Below, one piece after another: positions 47,585 to 60,563 of a stretch of 64,000 nt of DNA; within the stretch, counting starts at the first letter, position 1, and every line of letters begins with the position of its first letter. The notes below the pieces were generated by a model. The model made no database searches. It had not been told where the DNA came from and saw only the letters and a list, made by a program, of their open reading frames with translations. Source of the stretch: Octopus vulgaris (Eukaryota); the NCBI GenBank assembly GCA_951406725.2, contig OX597818.1:15376001-15440000 (forward strand), in the 5' to 3' direction. The position numbers and the translations under genes were made by a program.

Positions 47585-49594
47585 CTCAAGTTAAGTTCTA
47601 ATTGAACAAAATTATGATCAAAAGCATTCAAGCTGTGAACATAGAGCATCATTTTGTAATATATTCAAAGACTATATTATCTAATGTGTTCTTCATTTTG
47701 TTTTTAAAGAATGTTTGATGTAATTTGAAGGACGCTCACAATAATTTTTTTTGTGAATCATAGAAATAAAGTTACCTGTAAATATCTATACAGGGATGGT
47801 TTTTTTTTCTGACATATCACCCTCCTGCATATTATTAAACTTTCTTTCATAGAGAATTCTTTAGTCACTGTTATTTCTAGCAGAAGCAGTAGTTGCCTTG
47901 ATAGATTTTCATTTACTCATTGGCACTAGATTGCTACTGTTTGTGTTCTTCTATAGCTTCAGGTCAGCAACCCTTAATAAACAGAACTATGCTCAAAGGC
48001 ATTCCAATTACTATCAGCCCATCCTTTATTCTTTTATCCAGAACCAAATTATTCAATGTCCTCCTCCTCCTCCTGCTCCTCTTTAGTGACAAACCATAAC
48101 CTAAAGGATACTTGGCCACTATTTCTCACCATTTTCAGCAATCCAAACAATAATGAAGAGGCTTGCTCCCTTACTGACTTGTGTTTCATGCAGTTTTTCA
48201 GCCTCAAATCTACCCTGACAAAGCAGACACAGAAGTGCTTGATCTGAGGTGCTCCATCCATAACTTCTCTATCTTCTTAGATTTACATATGGGGAGGCAC
48301 ATAGCTTAGTGGTTAGGGTGTTTGACTCATGGTCATGTTATTATGGTTTCGATTCCTGGACTAGACAACAAGTTGTATTCTTGAGCAAAACACTTCATTT
48401 CACATCACTCCAGTCCTCTCAGCTGACATAAGTAAGTAATCCCGTGACAGACTAGGATCCCATCAGAAACCAGGAAACCAACCCTATGAGTCTATATGAC
48501 TTGGGAAGGCCCTTTATCCTTTATCATACACTGGTAGTATGTAAATTAGGATAACTTAGCTACTATTTCTAACAGGCTGAGAAACTGTGTAGAAATTCCC
48601 TCCTTGGCTTGGCTGGCATGGGGTTATTTCCATAACCAAGTCACTTATTTCTTAAATTACCCAGAACAGCTTCTCATCTAAAAACATGTTCTACAAGTTA
48701 CAAGTTGATGCTATTATTATTGCTGTTGCTCTGTTGTTGCTTAGCAACAAGTCAGCCCTAATTGAGTACTTCCATCATAGTTTATCAAGGAAGACATTAC
48801 CCAGTGTATAATTCCTTTCTTTAAAGCAATAGAGTAATATCATGAATAACTGACTGATATTTCTAGCATTTTAGCTGCTTGTGTTAAAAATTGGCAAATC
48901 AGAAATTTCTCTATTTAATTTATAATGAAGATATGAACAAAATTTTTGATCAAGATTATTGTATTTGCCAGTGTTGCATAAGATGCACCCCTATTTTACA
49001 GAGATATTTTAAGAAAAATAAAATATATTTAGTTTGTTTCATCATAAACTTATGTTATTGAAAGATATTTTGGCATGGTTGTGTGGGAGAAAAATGTATA
49101 ATTTTGTGCATATAAATACTATATTATGGCAGTTCATTAGAATAAAGTATAAAACCATAAATTTATTATAGATAAACTACATTATGGGAGTACTGTATCT
49201 TAGCTTAATCCTCTTTCAGGTCAACTCTATTGTTGTTCATAATTTAAACAAGGAAACTGCCATACAGGATGTAAAGCTCATATTCCTGATTGTGATGTTC
49301 TGTATTATCATGATCACTCACCAGAGTAGCACACCACTACTATGATTTTGTTGTCATCAACTCATAGCAAATAGCTAACAGGTAGATGAAAATTTAACAT
49401 GCATTTCATCTTTCTGGGTGAATATTTTCAGGTAGATTTAACAGGTGTGGTTGTATGGTAGGAAGCTTGCTTCTCAATCACATGGTTCCAAGTTCAGTAC
49501 CACTGTGTGGCACTATGGGCAAGTGTCTTCTACTATAGTCTCAGGCTGACCAAAGCCTTGAGAGTGGATTTGGTAGATGGAAACAGAAAGAAGC

Positions 49595-49641
<47 letters not shown>

Positions 49642-51051
49642 ATGTGCCTGTGTTTTTGTGTCTGTATTTGTCCCCCCATCACCGCTTGACAACCAGTTTA
49701 CATCCTCATAACTTAGCAGTTCAGTAAAATAGAATTATAGAATAAGTATTAAGCTTTAAAAATAAGTTTTGGGGTCAATTTGTTCAACTAAAACACCTCA
49801 AGGTGGTGCTCCAGCATGGCTGCAGTCAAATGACTGAAACAAGTAAGAGAAAAAGAATAGAAATGCTTCTTAAAGGTAACATCATCATCATCATCATCAT
49901 TATCGTTTAACGTCCGTTCTCCATGCTAGCATGGGTTGGACGGTTCGACCGGGGATCTGGGAAGCCAGAAGGCTGCACCAGGCTCCAGTCTTATCTGGCA
50001 ATGTTTCTATAGCTGGATGCCCTTCCTAACGCCAACCACTCTGTGAGTGTAGTGGGTGCTTTTTACGTGCCACCTGCACAGGTGCCAGGCGAGGCTGGCA
50101 ACGGCCACGGTCGGATTGGTGTATTTTATGTGCCACCGGCACGGAAGCCAGTCGAGACGGTGCTGGCATCGGCCACGAGTCGGATAGTGCTTTTTACGTA
50201 CCACCAGACCAGGGATCCTGGCTGGTTCAATTCGATTTCGATTTCGCTTGCCCCAACATGTCTTCACAAGCAAAGGGGGTTTGCAAGGGTGCCTGTCGTA
50301 CGGTCGGATCGGTGTATTTTACGTGCCACCGGCACGGAAGCCAGTGGAGGCGGCGCTGGCATCGGCCACGAGTCATATAGTGCTTTTTACGTACCACCAG
50401 ACCAGGGATCCTGGCTGGTTCAATTCGATTTCGATTTCGCTTTCGCTTGCCCCAACATGTCTTCGCAAGCAAAGGGGGTTGGCATGGGTGCCTGTCGTCG
50501 GATGAGGTTCTATATCGACTTCGCTTGCCTCAACAGGTCTTTGTGTCCAAGGGAGGAAAGGCATTCATAAGTGGGCTGGGCTCACTTGTCCTGCCTGGTC
50601 TTCTCACGTACAGAATATTTCATTAAATAATATTAGGCATATATCAGGTGTGGGTTATGTATACTGGGGAAGAAGGTGTAGCACTGTGATGTGACCTCCC
50701 TATATAACTGCTGATGTTACATGTTATATAAATAGAAAAGCAATATTTTTGTTAACTTGTGCTAAGAGACTGTGATAGCTTGGCTTGTTTTCAATATTTT
50801 GTTATAAGAAATAATTTTTGTACATAGTGAGTTAGGCTCACTAGGCTTCCTATCCTATGATGCTTGGTCTCCCATCACAATAAAACAATATAGACACAGT
50901 AGAATAATATTTTGATGCATTTAAAAATATTAAAAGCATGTCATCATGCACCAGTAAATAAGGTATGCAGAAAACTGTTAAGAAAAGTTTTACAGAAATG
51001 TACTTGCATAGCAAGTGACCTGATCTGAGATCGTGTGCTGGAACAAAAACA

Positions 51052-51208
51052 ATTACAGCGTAGGAGGTGTTTATAAGTCATTTAAGAAACACACAAAATC
51101 TGTTAGATTCACTTCAACAACACGGAATTTTGTCAGTGAACAGGTCGTGGTCTCAAAGTGAATCTAACAGATTTTGTGTGTTTCTTAAACACCTTCCACA
51201 CTGCAATT
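51052..51208. repeat. Fold-back inverted repeat
   Basis: tttaagaaacacacaaaatctgttagattcactt pairs perfectly with aagtgaatctaacagattttgtgtgtttcttaaa, with imperfect outer arms. Confidence 0.85.
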
Positions 51209-52400
51209 CTTGTTAAGAAAAGATATTTGCAATATTGTTTACTTAATGATTCTATTTATTTTTGTACCCTTGTACTCTCTTTAGAAAGGTAGTAGATTGA
51301 TTGAGTCACAAAAGAGATGGATAGAATATTTTGTAGTTTCTATTCCAGTTCTTTGAGTTCAAATCCCACCAAAGTCAATATTACCTTTCATCTTTTCGAG
51401 GTTGGTAAATAAAATACCAACCAATCCAGTGCAAGGTTGATTCTTCTCTTTTTCTTTGTCTCTGAACTGGCCCAGCCTTTTTTTATTTATGTATCATTGA
51501 CTGAATTTGAGAATTGCATTAATGCTTGAGGAATTCAGTTGCTCAAACAACTGAGTGCTCATTATTGAGATTGACATAGAATCCACCGTTAATCTTTAGA
51601 ATAAACAAAGAAAAGAAGACTCTGCTAGTTGCAGATAACATTACAATAAGGGCACTAACTCACACCTTTCTTTTCAGACTACATTAACCAATGTGTCTTT
51701 TTCTTTTGTAAGACAGCTCCTTAATACAATATTACATCAGTGACACTTTTAATTTGTACTATTTCCACCACATGGTGAATATTTGTTGATTAAATTCATT
51801 ATGCTTGAATAGAGCATTATGTTGTATGTTTATTTTAATAAAAAGATATTTTAAATAATCAAAATTTTTCTTTATTTTTAATTATGAACATTTCAAAAAC
51901 TATTTTTACCATTAGATTTCACTGTTACAAATTAGTTGTTAAAAAAATTTAATTCAAGCTAAAAACCTAACTGAAACCTTTCTAACCCCTTTCTTAGCTT
52001 AGTTACCATATTTTTGTCTTGAAATACATTGCCTTTATTTCAATTCATTTTAAAATTCATTTACCCATTTTTTATTTTTTTTCCCCCTTTTCTTCTTGTT
52101 TTCTTTCTTTTTTCTTTTGCTACTGTTTGTGTTTTCTTCAGTTTCAGATTTGTATTTTAATGTGGTTTTGTATTATCTATATATCATATAAAAGAATTCT
52201 AATTAATGAAGGATTTAGTAAAATAATTTTCTCATTGCAGAGGAGTAGCTGTGTGGTAAGTAGCTTGCTTACGACCCACATGGTTCTGGGTTCAGTCCCA
52301 CTTTGTGGCACCTTGGGCAAGTGTCTTCTACTATAGCCTCAGGCTGACCAAAGCCTTATGAGTGGATTTAGTAGACGGAAACTGAAAGAAGCCCGTCGTA

Positions 52401-52467
<67 letters not shown>

Positions 52468-54667
52468 ATATGTGTTTGTGTGTCTGTGTTTGCCCCCTCT
52501 AACATCGCTTGACAACTGATGCTGGTGTTTTTACATCCCCGTAACTTAGTGGTTCGGCAAAAAAGAGCCAATACAATAAGTACTAGGCTTACAAAGAATA
52601 AGTCCTGAGGTTGACTTGCTTGACTAAAGGCAGTGCTCCAGCATGGCCATGGTCAAATGACTGAAACAAGTAAAAGAGTATTGCAATCACTTAATTTTGA
52701 TGGGAGGTTTTAATTTGGATAATTTTAAAATAATAAATTTTGTGTCATAAAAACAGGGATGATCTGAGGTGGGTTGGTTTCTAAAGGGTTAAATAGTGCT
52801 CTCAAACAAGAGTTGTTATTCTCAGCTTGTGCTAAATACCATTACAGAGATAATTTTAACATTTTATAAAATATATTACATTCTTAAATACCTTGATATG
52901 CTTATAAATGGGTGAAAAACAAAAACAAAGTTTAAAAACCAAAACCTGTTTCAAATTCATAACTATAGTATCAAAAGAACAAACCATGCAAATTCATGTA
53001 TTACTGGGACTTGGAATGGTATGGAATTGTATCTTATGTATATATTAAAAAATGACAAGTTACAGCAAAACTGTTAATATTTGTTAGTATGTGACCAGGT
53101 GGCAAAATGGCAGAATCGTGAGCACTCAGGGCAAAATGCTTAACAGCATTTTGTCTGAGTTCTGAGTTCAAATTCTGTTGAGGTCAACTTACCTTTCATC
53201 CTTACAGGTGTCGATAAAATAAGTACCAGGGTCAATTTAACCAACTTAACTCCATCCCAAAATTTGAAATCAATATTTGTTAGTATGCGAGGTGGTGAGC
53301 TGGCAGAATCATTAGTATGTGGCATTTCGTCCATCTTTATGTTCTGAGTTTAAATTCTGCTGAGGTTGACTTTGCCTTTTTATCTTTTGGAGGTTGATAA
53401 AATAAATAGCAGTTGTGCACTGGGGTCAATGTAATTAACTTACCCCCTCACCTGAAATTGCAAACCTTGTGCCAAAATTTTAGACTAATATTTTGTTAGT
53501 ATGTGGTTTATTAGATAAATGTTGAAATTGTTTGATGTAGAATGTCATACATTAATGTCCTTAAATGAACAAAGTCTGGCAGACATCTTCTTGATAATAT
53601 AAAGAGATAACAGGTCATTGGACATCGTATGAGAAGAAAAAAGTTATGAACACTCAATGGGCAACACAAGAAACTGAAAGGGAGAGGACACTGAAGAAGC
53701 CTTACCAAGGGGTTTGAAAAAGATGGTTTAATAACATGCTAAGATGTATAGGAATAAGAGGATTTCAAGGTTCATGATTGCTGATGTCTGTAGGAATGGC
53801 ACATGAGGAAGATGAAGAATTAATGATATGCAAACATATTTTCATCTGTCTTTACGTTTTGAGTTCAAATTCTGCTGAGGTCAACTTTGCCTTTCATCCT
53901 TTCGGGGTCGATAAATTAAGTACCAATTGCATACTGGGGTCGATCTAATTGACTGCCCCCTCCCCCACAATTTTGGGCCTTGTTCCTAGAGTAGAAAAGA
54001 ATATGTAAATATCTTTTATCTTTTACTTGTTTCAGTCATTAGACTGTGGCCATGCTGGGGCACTGCTTTGAAGAATTTTTAGTCAGGTGAATTAAGCCTG
54101 GTACTTATTCTGTTGGTCTCTATTGCTGAACTACTAAGTTATTGGGACATAAATACATCAACACTAGTGGACTATTGGTTAAAAATCTTTGTAGAACATA
54201 TTCAGTTTTGCAGTAACATAACAATAATGGATAATGATTTCTGAAAGTAGAAGAGTTGCCAAGTGCAAAACAAATAATATAATTTCTGACGATGTTCTTT
54301 TCGAAGACTGTACTTTCCATGCTACCTTTGAGAACTTTCACCATCTCAAAAGTCAAATGCTTCAGAAGAAAATACAATTTCAAGTGAAATTATGGATTGC
54401 ATGGTTCTCAATAAATTTCCAGGTATTTCATAGTTATTAAAATAACTGTGCAATTTCCATGCTTACTGTTAGTAAATATATAATGAAATAACACTGACAA
54501 CAAACTGGTTTAAGGCACTTTTCTGATAATTTTTTTATTTCTGAAGAATTTATTTGAGTAAGATTTTTCTGATGATGGTGACAATGATAATAATTATAAT
54601 AAGGATAATAATAATAATGATAATATTTTAAAAGGATTGACATAACTCTTCACAAAGGTAAACAGAC

Positions 54668-54892
54668 AAGATGACAAGCATGATGTGATTGCAATAGATA
54701 CTTTATTGGTTGAACGATATTTCAACAGCAAGCTTGCCAAGTTGAGTTCAAAATAAAAAGTGATAGAAATTCACAATTCTATAATTATGATTTTTTATCA
54801 CTTTTTATTTTGAACTCAACAAAGACAGGCTTGCTATCAGAATATTGCTCAACCAATAAAATATCTATTGCAGTCACATCATGCTCTTCGTC

Positions 54893-54894
<2 letters not shown>
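54668..54894. repeat. Fold-back element with ~110-bp arms and almost no loop
   Basis: agcatgatgtgattgcaatagata...gttgagttcaaaataaaaagtgata pairs with tatcactttttattttgaactcaac...tatctattgcagtcacatcatgct. Confidence 0.88.
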
Positions 54895-54935
<41 letters not shown>

Positions 54936-55244
54936 TAATGAATAAAAAGAAACAAATAGCTTAGTAAAAATTAGAAACTGAAACGAATCCCAAAATTGTG
55001 TATCAGATGGTTTTTTTTTTTTCATGTTTCAAGTATTCAGTTCAAAGCTGTAACCTCTCTTTTATACAGTAACAATATATACTTACTATTGGCAGTGTAT
55101 GCATATATTGCTATGGTAAACATTTATTGAAGCATAAATTATGTTTGTGTAGAAAATTTAGGAATTATGCAGTATAATTATCATTTCAGAAAAAAACGTT
55201 CAATTGTATCTGTAAAACTTATAAATTCTGGATTAGAAAATATG

Positions 55245-55287
<43 letters not shown>

Positions 55288-55317
55288 ATATATGTGTGTG
55301 TATATGTATATGTGTAT

Positions 55318-55362
<45 letters not shown>

Positions 55363-57900
55363 TATAAATTTATAATTGCATTGGATATATTATTGTACAT
55401 ATTTTTATTTTAAAAGAAATTGAATCATTGTGTTTATAGATGGATGCCTTTTCTGCTGCTAATATAAAACAGGTATTTTATATCCCTACATGTTGTAAAA
55501 GATCACTTAAAAGGATTAACAGTAAGAAGGACATCCACTTATAAAACACTAAAATAGGAACTATGATAAACAATATTAAAAATAGATATGGTGCCCACAG
55601 GGTTGATCCCTCATTTAATTGAAAAAATATCTTTAAATTGTTTCTTATTGTAAAGCAAGATGAATAATATGTTAAATACAAGGCAAATGAATGACACTAG
55701 GTCATATATGTCTTGGTGATTCATTTATAATTTATAACATTTACAACTGGCGTGGTTGCCTTTCATAATGGATATGAATGGAGAAATCAAAATGAATTCA
55801 AAGGGATAGCAACATTGGTTATAATTTGTTTATCAAACAGAGTTTAAAAAGAAAAACCTGAGTGATACATAAAGCAGTGTATGTAATTGTTCTGTGAAAA
55901 GCAGGTATCTAATTTTTTAGATTGTGTTCTTCATCAAACAATGTTCTAAGAAAGTTAAGTGAAGTCAGTAGCTTTTGTGTGATGACAATAACAAAATCTT
56001 TCATAGAAAGGATTTTGAAGAGTGTTTATCTGAAATTTATCATCTTCCATTTCCTCATAGCATATCAACATATTCCAGTTCAATCTGTTTTATGAAAAAA
56101 AAAAAAGTATCTCATATATGCCACAGACCAACACAACCTCTTTGGACTGCAACAATTGGACTTGAGTTAGATCTTAGTGGAATAAGGCAGAAATACAGAC
56201 AAACAAACAAATGTGCATACACACACATATGTATGTATATAGATATGTAAAAGACACTTCCCACTGCAACATACATATTATAAGACATCCAATAAGAGAA
56301 CTATAAAAATCTTACATATTCTTAACTCCCAACTTCAACCAATCTTTTAACCTTTCTAAACTTAACAAAAGTGACCCAGTTCTACTCCTAATAATTGCAA
56401 ATATATCAACCTCTCTTTACACCCTTTACATTCAAACTACTTACGTAAAGATACAGTATATCAGGGTAAAATATAAATGCCAACTAAGCAAACACATGCT
56501 AATCTATTCAAAATCAGGTATGACTGACACACCTTTTCTTTTAGATATGCCAGATGAAGATCTACTCCACTCGCATTGTACATTTGGGACCTCAAAAATA
56601 TAAAAAACATTCCTTTTTGATGAAACTAGAATGACTTTTGTATATACATATATATATTTATATATATATGCATGTGTGTGAGTGTATTTATGTATGTGTG
56701 TGTGTGTATATATATATATATACACAAGCACTCACACACAAATACATATACAAAATGCACACACACACATACACATAACAACAGGGCTTTATACAGTTTC
56801 TCTCTACCAATTTCACTCATAGGGCATTAGTTGGCTAAAGGTTAGAGTAGAAGACCTGCCCAAGGTACTATGCAGATAGAATTCAAGACTGTGTGGTTAC
56901 CACGTGAATTCTATATCAAAGCAGCCACATCTTTGCCTGAATATTTATTTATTTCTTTTAAATCTGTTTTCTCATGCTGGTGTGGATGAAACAAATACAT
57001 TTTTTGAGATATTATTTTGCAGCCAAATGTTTTTTTCATTGCTATCCCTTACCTGTTTTTCCAGTAGAATATTTAATTTTCTGCAAAGTTTGTGAATATT
57101 TTTCTTTCTATCTGTAAACATGCATCATTTTTAAGCATTGCACTTTTTCAACCAAAAGTGCAGAGTGCAAAGATTCACAGAGATCTACACATATGCACAC
57201 ATATATAAATGTATATATATCATATATATATATATATACACATATATATATAAGTTAGGCATGGCTGTGTGGTAAGAGGCTTGCTTCCCAACCACATGGT
57301 TCCAGGTTCAGTCCCGCAGCATGGCATCTTGGACAAGTCTTTTCTACTATAGAAAAGCTTTGTGAGTGGATTTGGTAGACAGAAACTGAAAGAAGCCCGT
57401 CAAATACATGCATATATTCATGTGTGTGTGTGTGTTTGTGTCTATGTTAGTCTCCTCCCACCATCGCTTGACAACCAATGTTGATGTTCTTACATCCCCA
57501 TAACTTAGCAGTTCAGCAGAAAAGACCAATAGAATAAGCACCAGGCTTACAAAGAATAAGTCTAGGGGTTGATTTCTTTAACTAAAAGGCGGTGCTCCAG
57601 CATGGCCACAGTCAAATGACTGAAACAAGTAAAAGTGTAAAAGAATAAAGAATAGATAGATAGATAGGCAGGTAGATGGGTAATTATATAGATGTATGTA
57701 TGTATATATACATGAAAACAGAAACATGAAGAACAGACAAGTGTGTGTGTGTCTTTTTAAATGTATGTGTGAGAGTGTTTCTTGATATTAGCTGAAGGAT
57801 ATATATATATATTTATATATTCCTGAAATATAAATATATTCTTGAATATAGCATACAGAATAGGTTGATAAAATTACCAAAGTTGATAAAATGATAGTTG

Positions 57901-58132
57901 TTATCGCATATCTTCTTCATCTGAATCAACCATTATCTTTTGGCTATTGTCATGATAATTTGCCAAATGTATTTTTTGAACCGTTCTTTCACTTTCATTT
58001 GACTTTGGCCATACAACTGGATGATATACATTATGTTCGGATGAATCCTGCAGGTTATAGATTCTTGGTGAATAATCTTCTGTAGATTTTGCTGGGCTGT
58101 TAATTACTTTAGCGGGAAGGATGATAACTTCA
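57901..58132 (-). CDS. Probable last coding exon of a convergent gene (disordered, Tyr-containing C-terminus)
   Basis: Strong acceptor tatttttctttttcag. Only the phase-2 frame is open (76 codons): EVIILPAKVINSPAKSTEDYSPRIYNLQDSSEHNVYHPVVWPKS...VDSDEEDMR*. The sequence is non-repetitive. Confidence 0.55.
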
Positions 58133-58160
58133 CTGAAAAAGAAAAATATATATTGTAATA

Positions 58161-58207
<47 letters not shown>

Positions 58208-58395
58208 GGAGAATTCGCAAAAAAACAAAAGACAAAGACAGGTGGTGTAGAAAACAAACAGTTGTATTAGTATAACGCTCGGGAATTGAAAAAGTCTTTA
58301 ACATTTCGAGCCTATGCTCTTCCACAGAAAGAAACAAGGAGAGAAAAAAATGTGTGTAGTGGCTAGCGATCTATCATGTATACATATACACACAT

Positions 58396-58461
<66 letters not shown>

Positions 58462-58463
<2 letters not shown>

Positions 58464-58863
58464 GAGAGGGATGACCACTATGTGGACAACCTTTATGCTA
58501 GAAGTAGATCCGCTATGGTCTTACCACTAAGAAATTTTCTCAAGAAAAATTTAGCAAGTAACCAAAACATAATCGAACAAGTCTGACTTTGTGCAGACGT
58601 CCTAGTATATAGTCCTGCAAATTATATTTATTTTGGACCGTCACACTGAAGATTTACGGACATTTATATAAGTAAAATTAAGTAATATGTTAATAGTGAA
58701 ACATGTATGTGAATAATCCATATTTTTATTGCTTTTCTTTTGTCTTGCTTGATTACGTTTTGGTTGCTTGCTAAAATTTTCTAGAGAACATTTCTTAGTG
58801 GTAAGACCATAGCAGATCTCCTTCTAGCATAAGGGTTGTCCACATAGTGGTCATCCCTCTCAT
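58462..58863. mobile_element. Element with ~120-bp inverted arms enclosing a hammerhead motif (Penelope-like inverted structure or MITE)
   Basis: 58462-58583 is the reverse complement of 58742-58863 (atgagagggatgaccactatgtggacaacc.../...ggttgtccacatagtggtcatccctctcat). Confidence 0.85.
58641..58712 (+). ncRNA. Minimal type I hammerhead ribozyme motif
   Basis: tcaca-CTGAAGA-(45 nt, weak AU-rich stem II)-GAAAC-at-GTA-tgtga. It has a 5-bp stem I, an intact catalytic core and the palindrome ACATGT at stem/loop III. Confidence 0.68.
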
Positions 58864-59806
58864 TTGTATATAATATAATTTTACTGAACCTTCAGATTTT
58901 TTTATATGCTGGACCACTGGTGTGAAATTGATGTTAATTAAATTAATATCAAATTTCACACCCTCATTTTAAATTATATATATATATATAATCAATGTTA
59001 TTGATGATGGTGATGTTGATGATGGTGATATTAATGATGTTAGTTGTTATTAAGGTGGTGGGCTGGCAGAGTCATGACTATTCCTGACAAAGTGATTAGC
59101 AGCATATTTTCCAACTTTACATTCAGAGTTCAAATGCCACTGGGGTCGACTTCAGCTTTCATCCTTCTAAAGTCAATAAAATAAGTACCAGTTGTGCACT
59201 GGGGTCGATGTAAGTGACTGACACCTTCCTTGAAAGTTGCTGGCCTTGAGCAAAAATCTGAAACCGATATTATTGATGATGATGCTAATGATGACAAGGA
59301 GGAAAAGAAAAGGAAGAGGGGGATTTGTTTATGTTAATGTTTTATTATTATAGTTGTTTTTAAGGTGGTGAGCTGGCAGAATCGTTAGTGGGCTGGATAA
59401 AATGCTGAGCAGTATTTCGCCCATTTCAAATTCCACTGAGGCTGACTTTGCCTTTCATCCTTTCAGGGTCAGTAAAATAAGTACCAGAAAGCAGGACTCC
59501 AAAAGGGGTCTCAGGGAGTAGTATCTCTGCCTTCCTGAGCTAGTTTTCCACCACATATCTTAAAAATCATGGTAAAGGCCTTGGTCTCAGGACCACTTAT
59601 GTCTAGAAACTGAAGTTGGGGGTAAGCAAGTGCATGCTCCCTGCAGAAAATCCAGCTCCAAAAAAAAAGCCTCGTGATAGCAAAGGAGAATGGGCACCAG
59701 CCAACCCAAAGGTTAGAATGGACTGCACCTGCCTACCTCAGTTGCTATGGCATTGAGGTAAATCTGGCCACTGCCATTAACAGGGACAAAATTCAAACTT
59801 AAAACA

Positions 59807-59841
<35 letters not shown>

Positions 59842-60484
59842 CTGGAGTTGATGTAATCGACTCATCCTCTTCCTCAAAATTGCTGTCCTTGTGGCAAAAT
59901 TTGAAACTATTATTATAGTTTTTAGGATGGTGAGTTAGTAGAATCATTTGCAAATGCTTAGTTGCATTTTGTCAGTCTTTGCATTCTGAGTTCAAATTCC
60001 ACAAAGATCCACTTTACCTTTCATTCTTTTAGGATTAAATAAGTACCAATCAAGCACTACTGCCCCTCATCCAAAATATCAGACCTTGTTCTGATAGTGA
60101 AAAAGATTATTATATTTGTTACTAGAATACCTGTGTTGTCAAAAATGCCAACATTTTTATTAATAATAGAAAATGGTGCATCAACAGAATGGAGAAAACA
60201 ATTAATAAATGTCAACAATCTAGTAAATAAACATACATACACAGAATTGAAGCACTTAAAGAATCTGATACATCTGCCAAATCCACTCACAAGGCTTTGG
60301 TCAGCCCAAAGCTATAGTAGAAAACACATGCCCAAGGTGCCACACAATAGGACTGAACCCAGAACCATGTGGCTGTTAAGCAAGCTACTTACTACACAGC
60401 CACTCATGTGCCTATATATATGTAATGTGAACAATAATATTTTGAAAACAAAATATTTAACTTCATATATATAAGTGTGTGTGG

Positions 60485-60563
<79 letters not shown>

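Noticed and set aside
56533-56626. Possible - strand exon (cattctag...AAG|gtgtgt)
   Set aside because: It is downstream of the 57901 stop, its open frame is incompatible with a phase-2 join, and the splice sites are moderate. It could only be a UTR exon.
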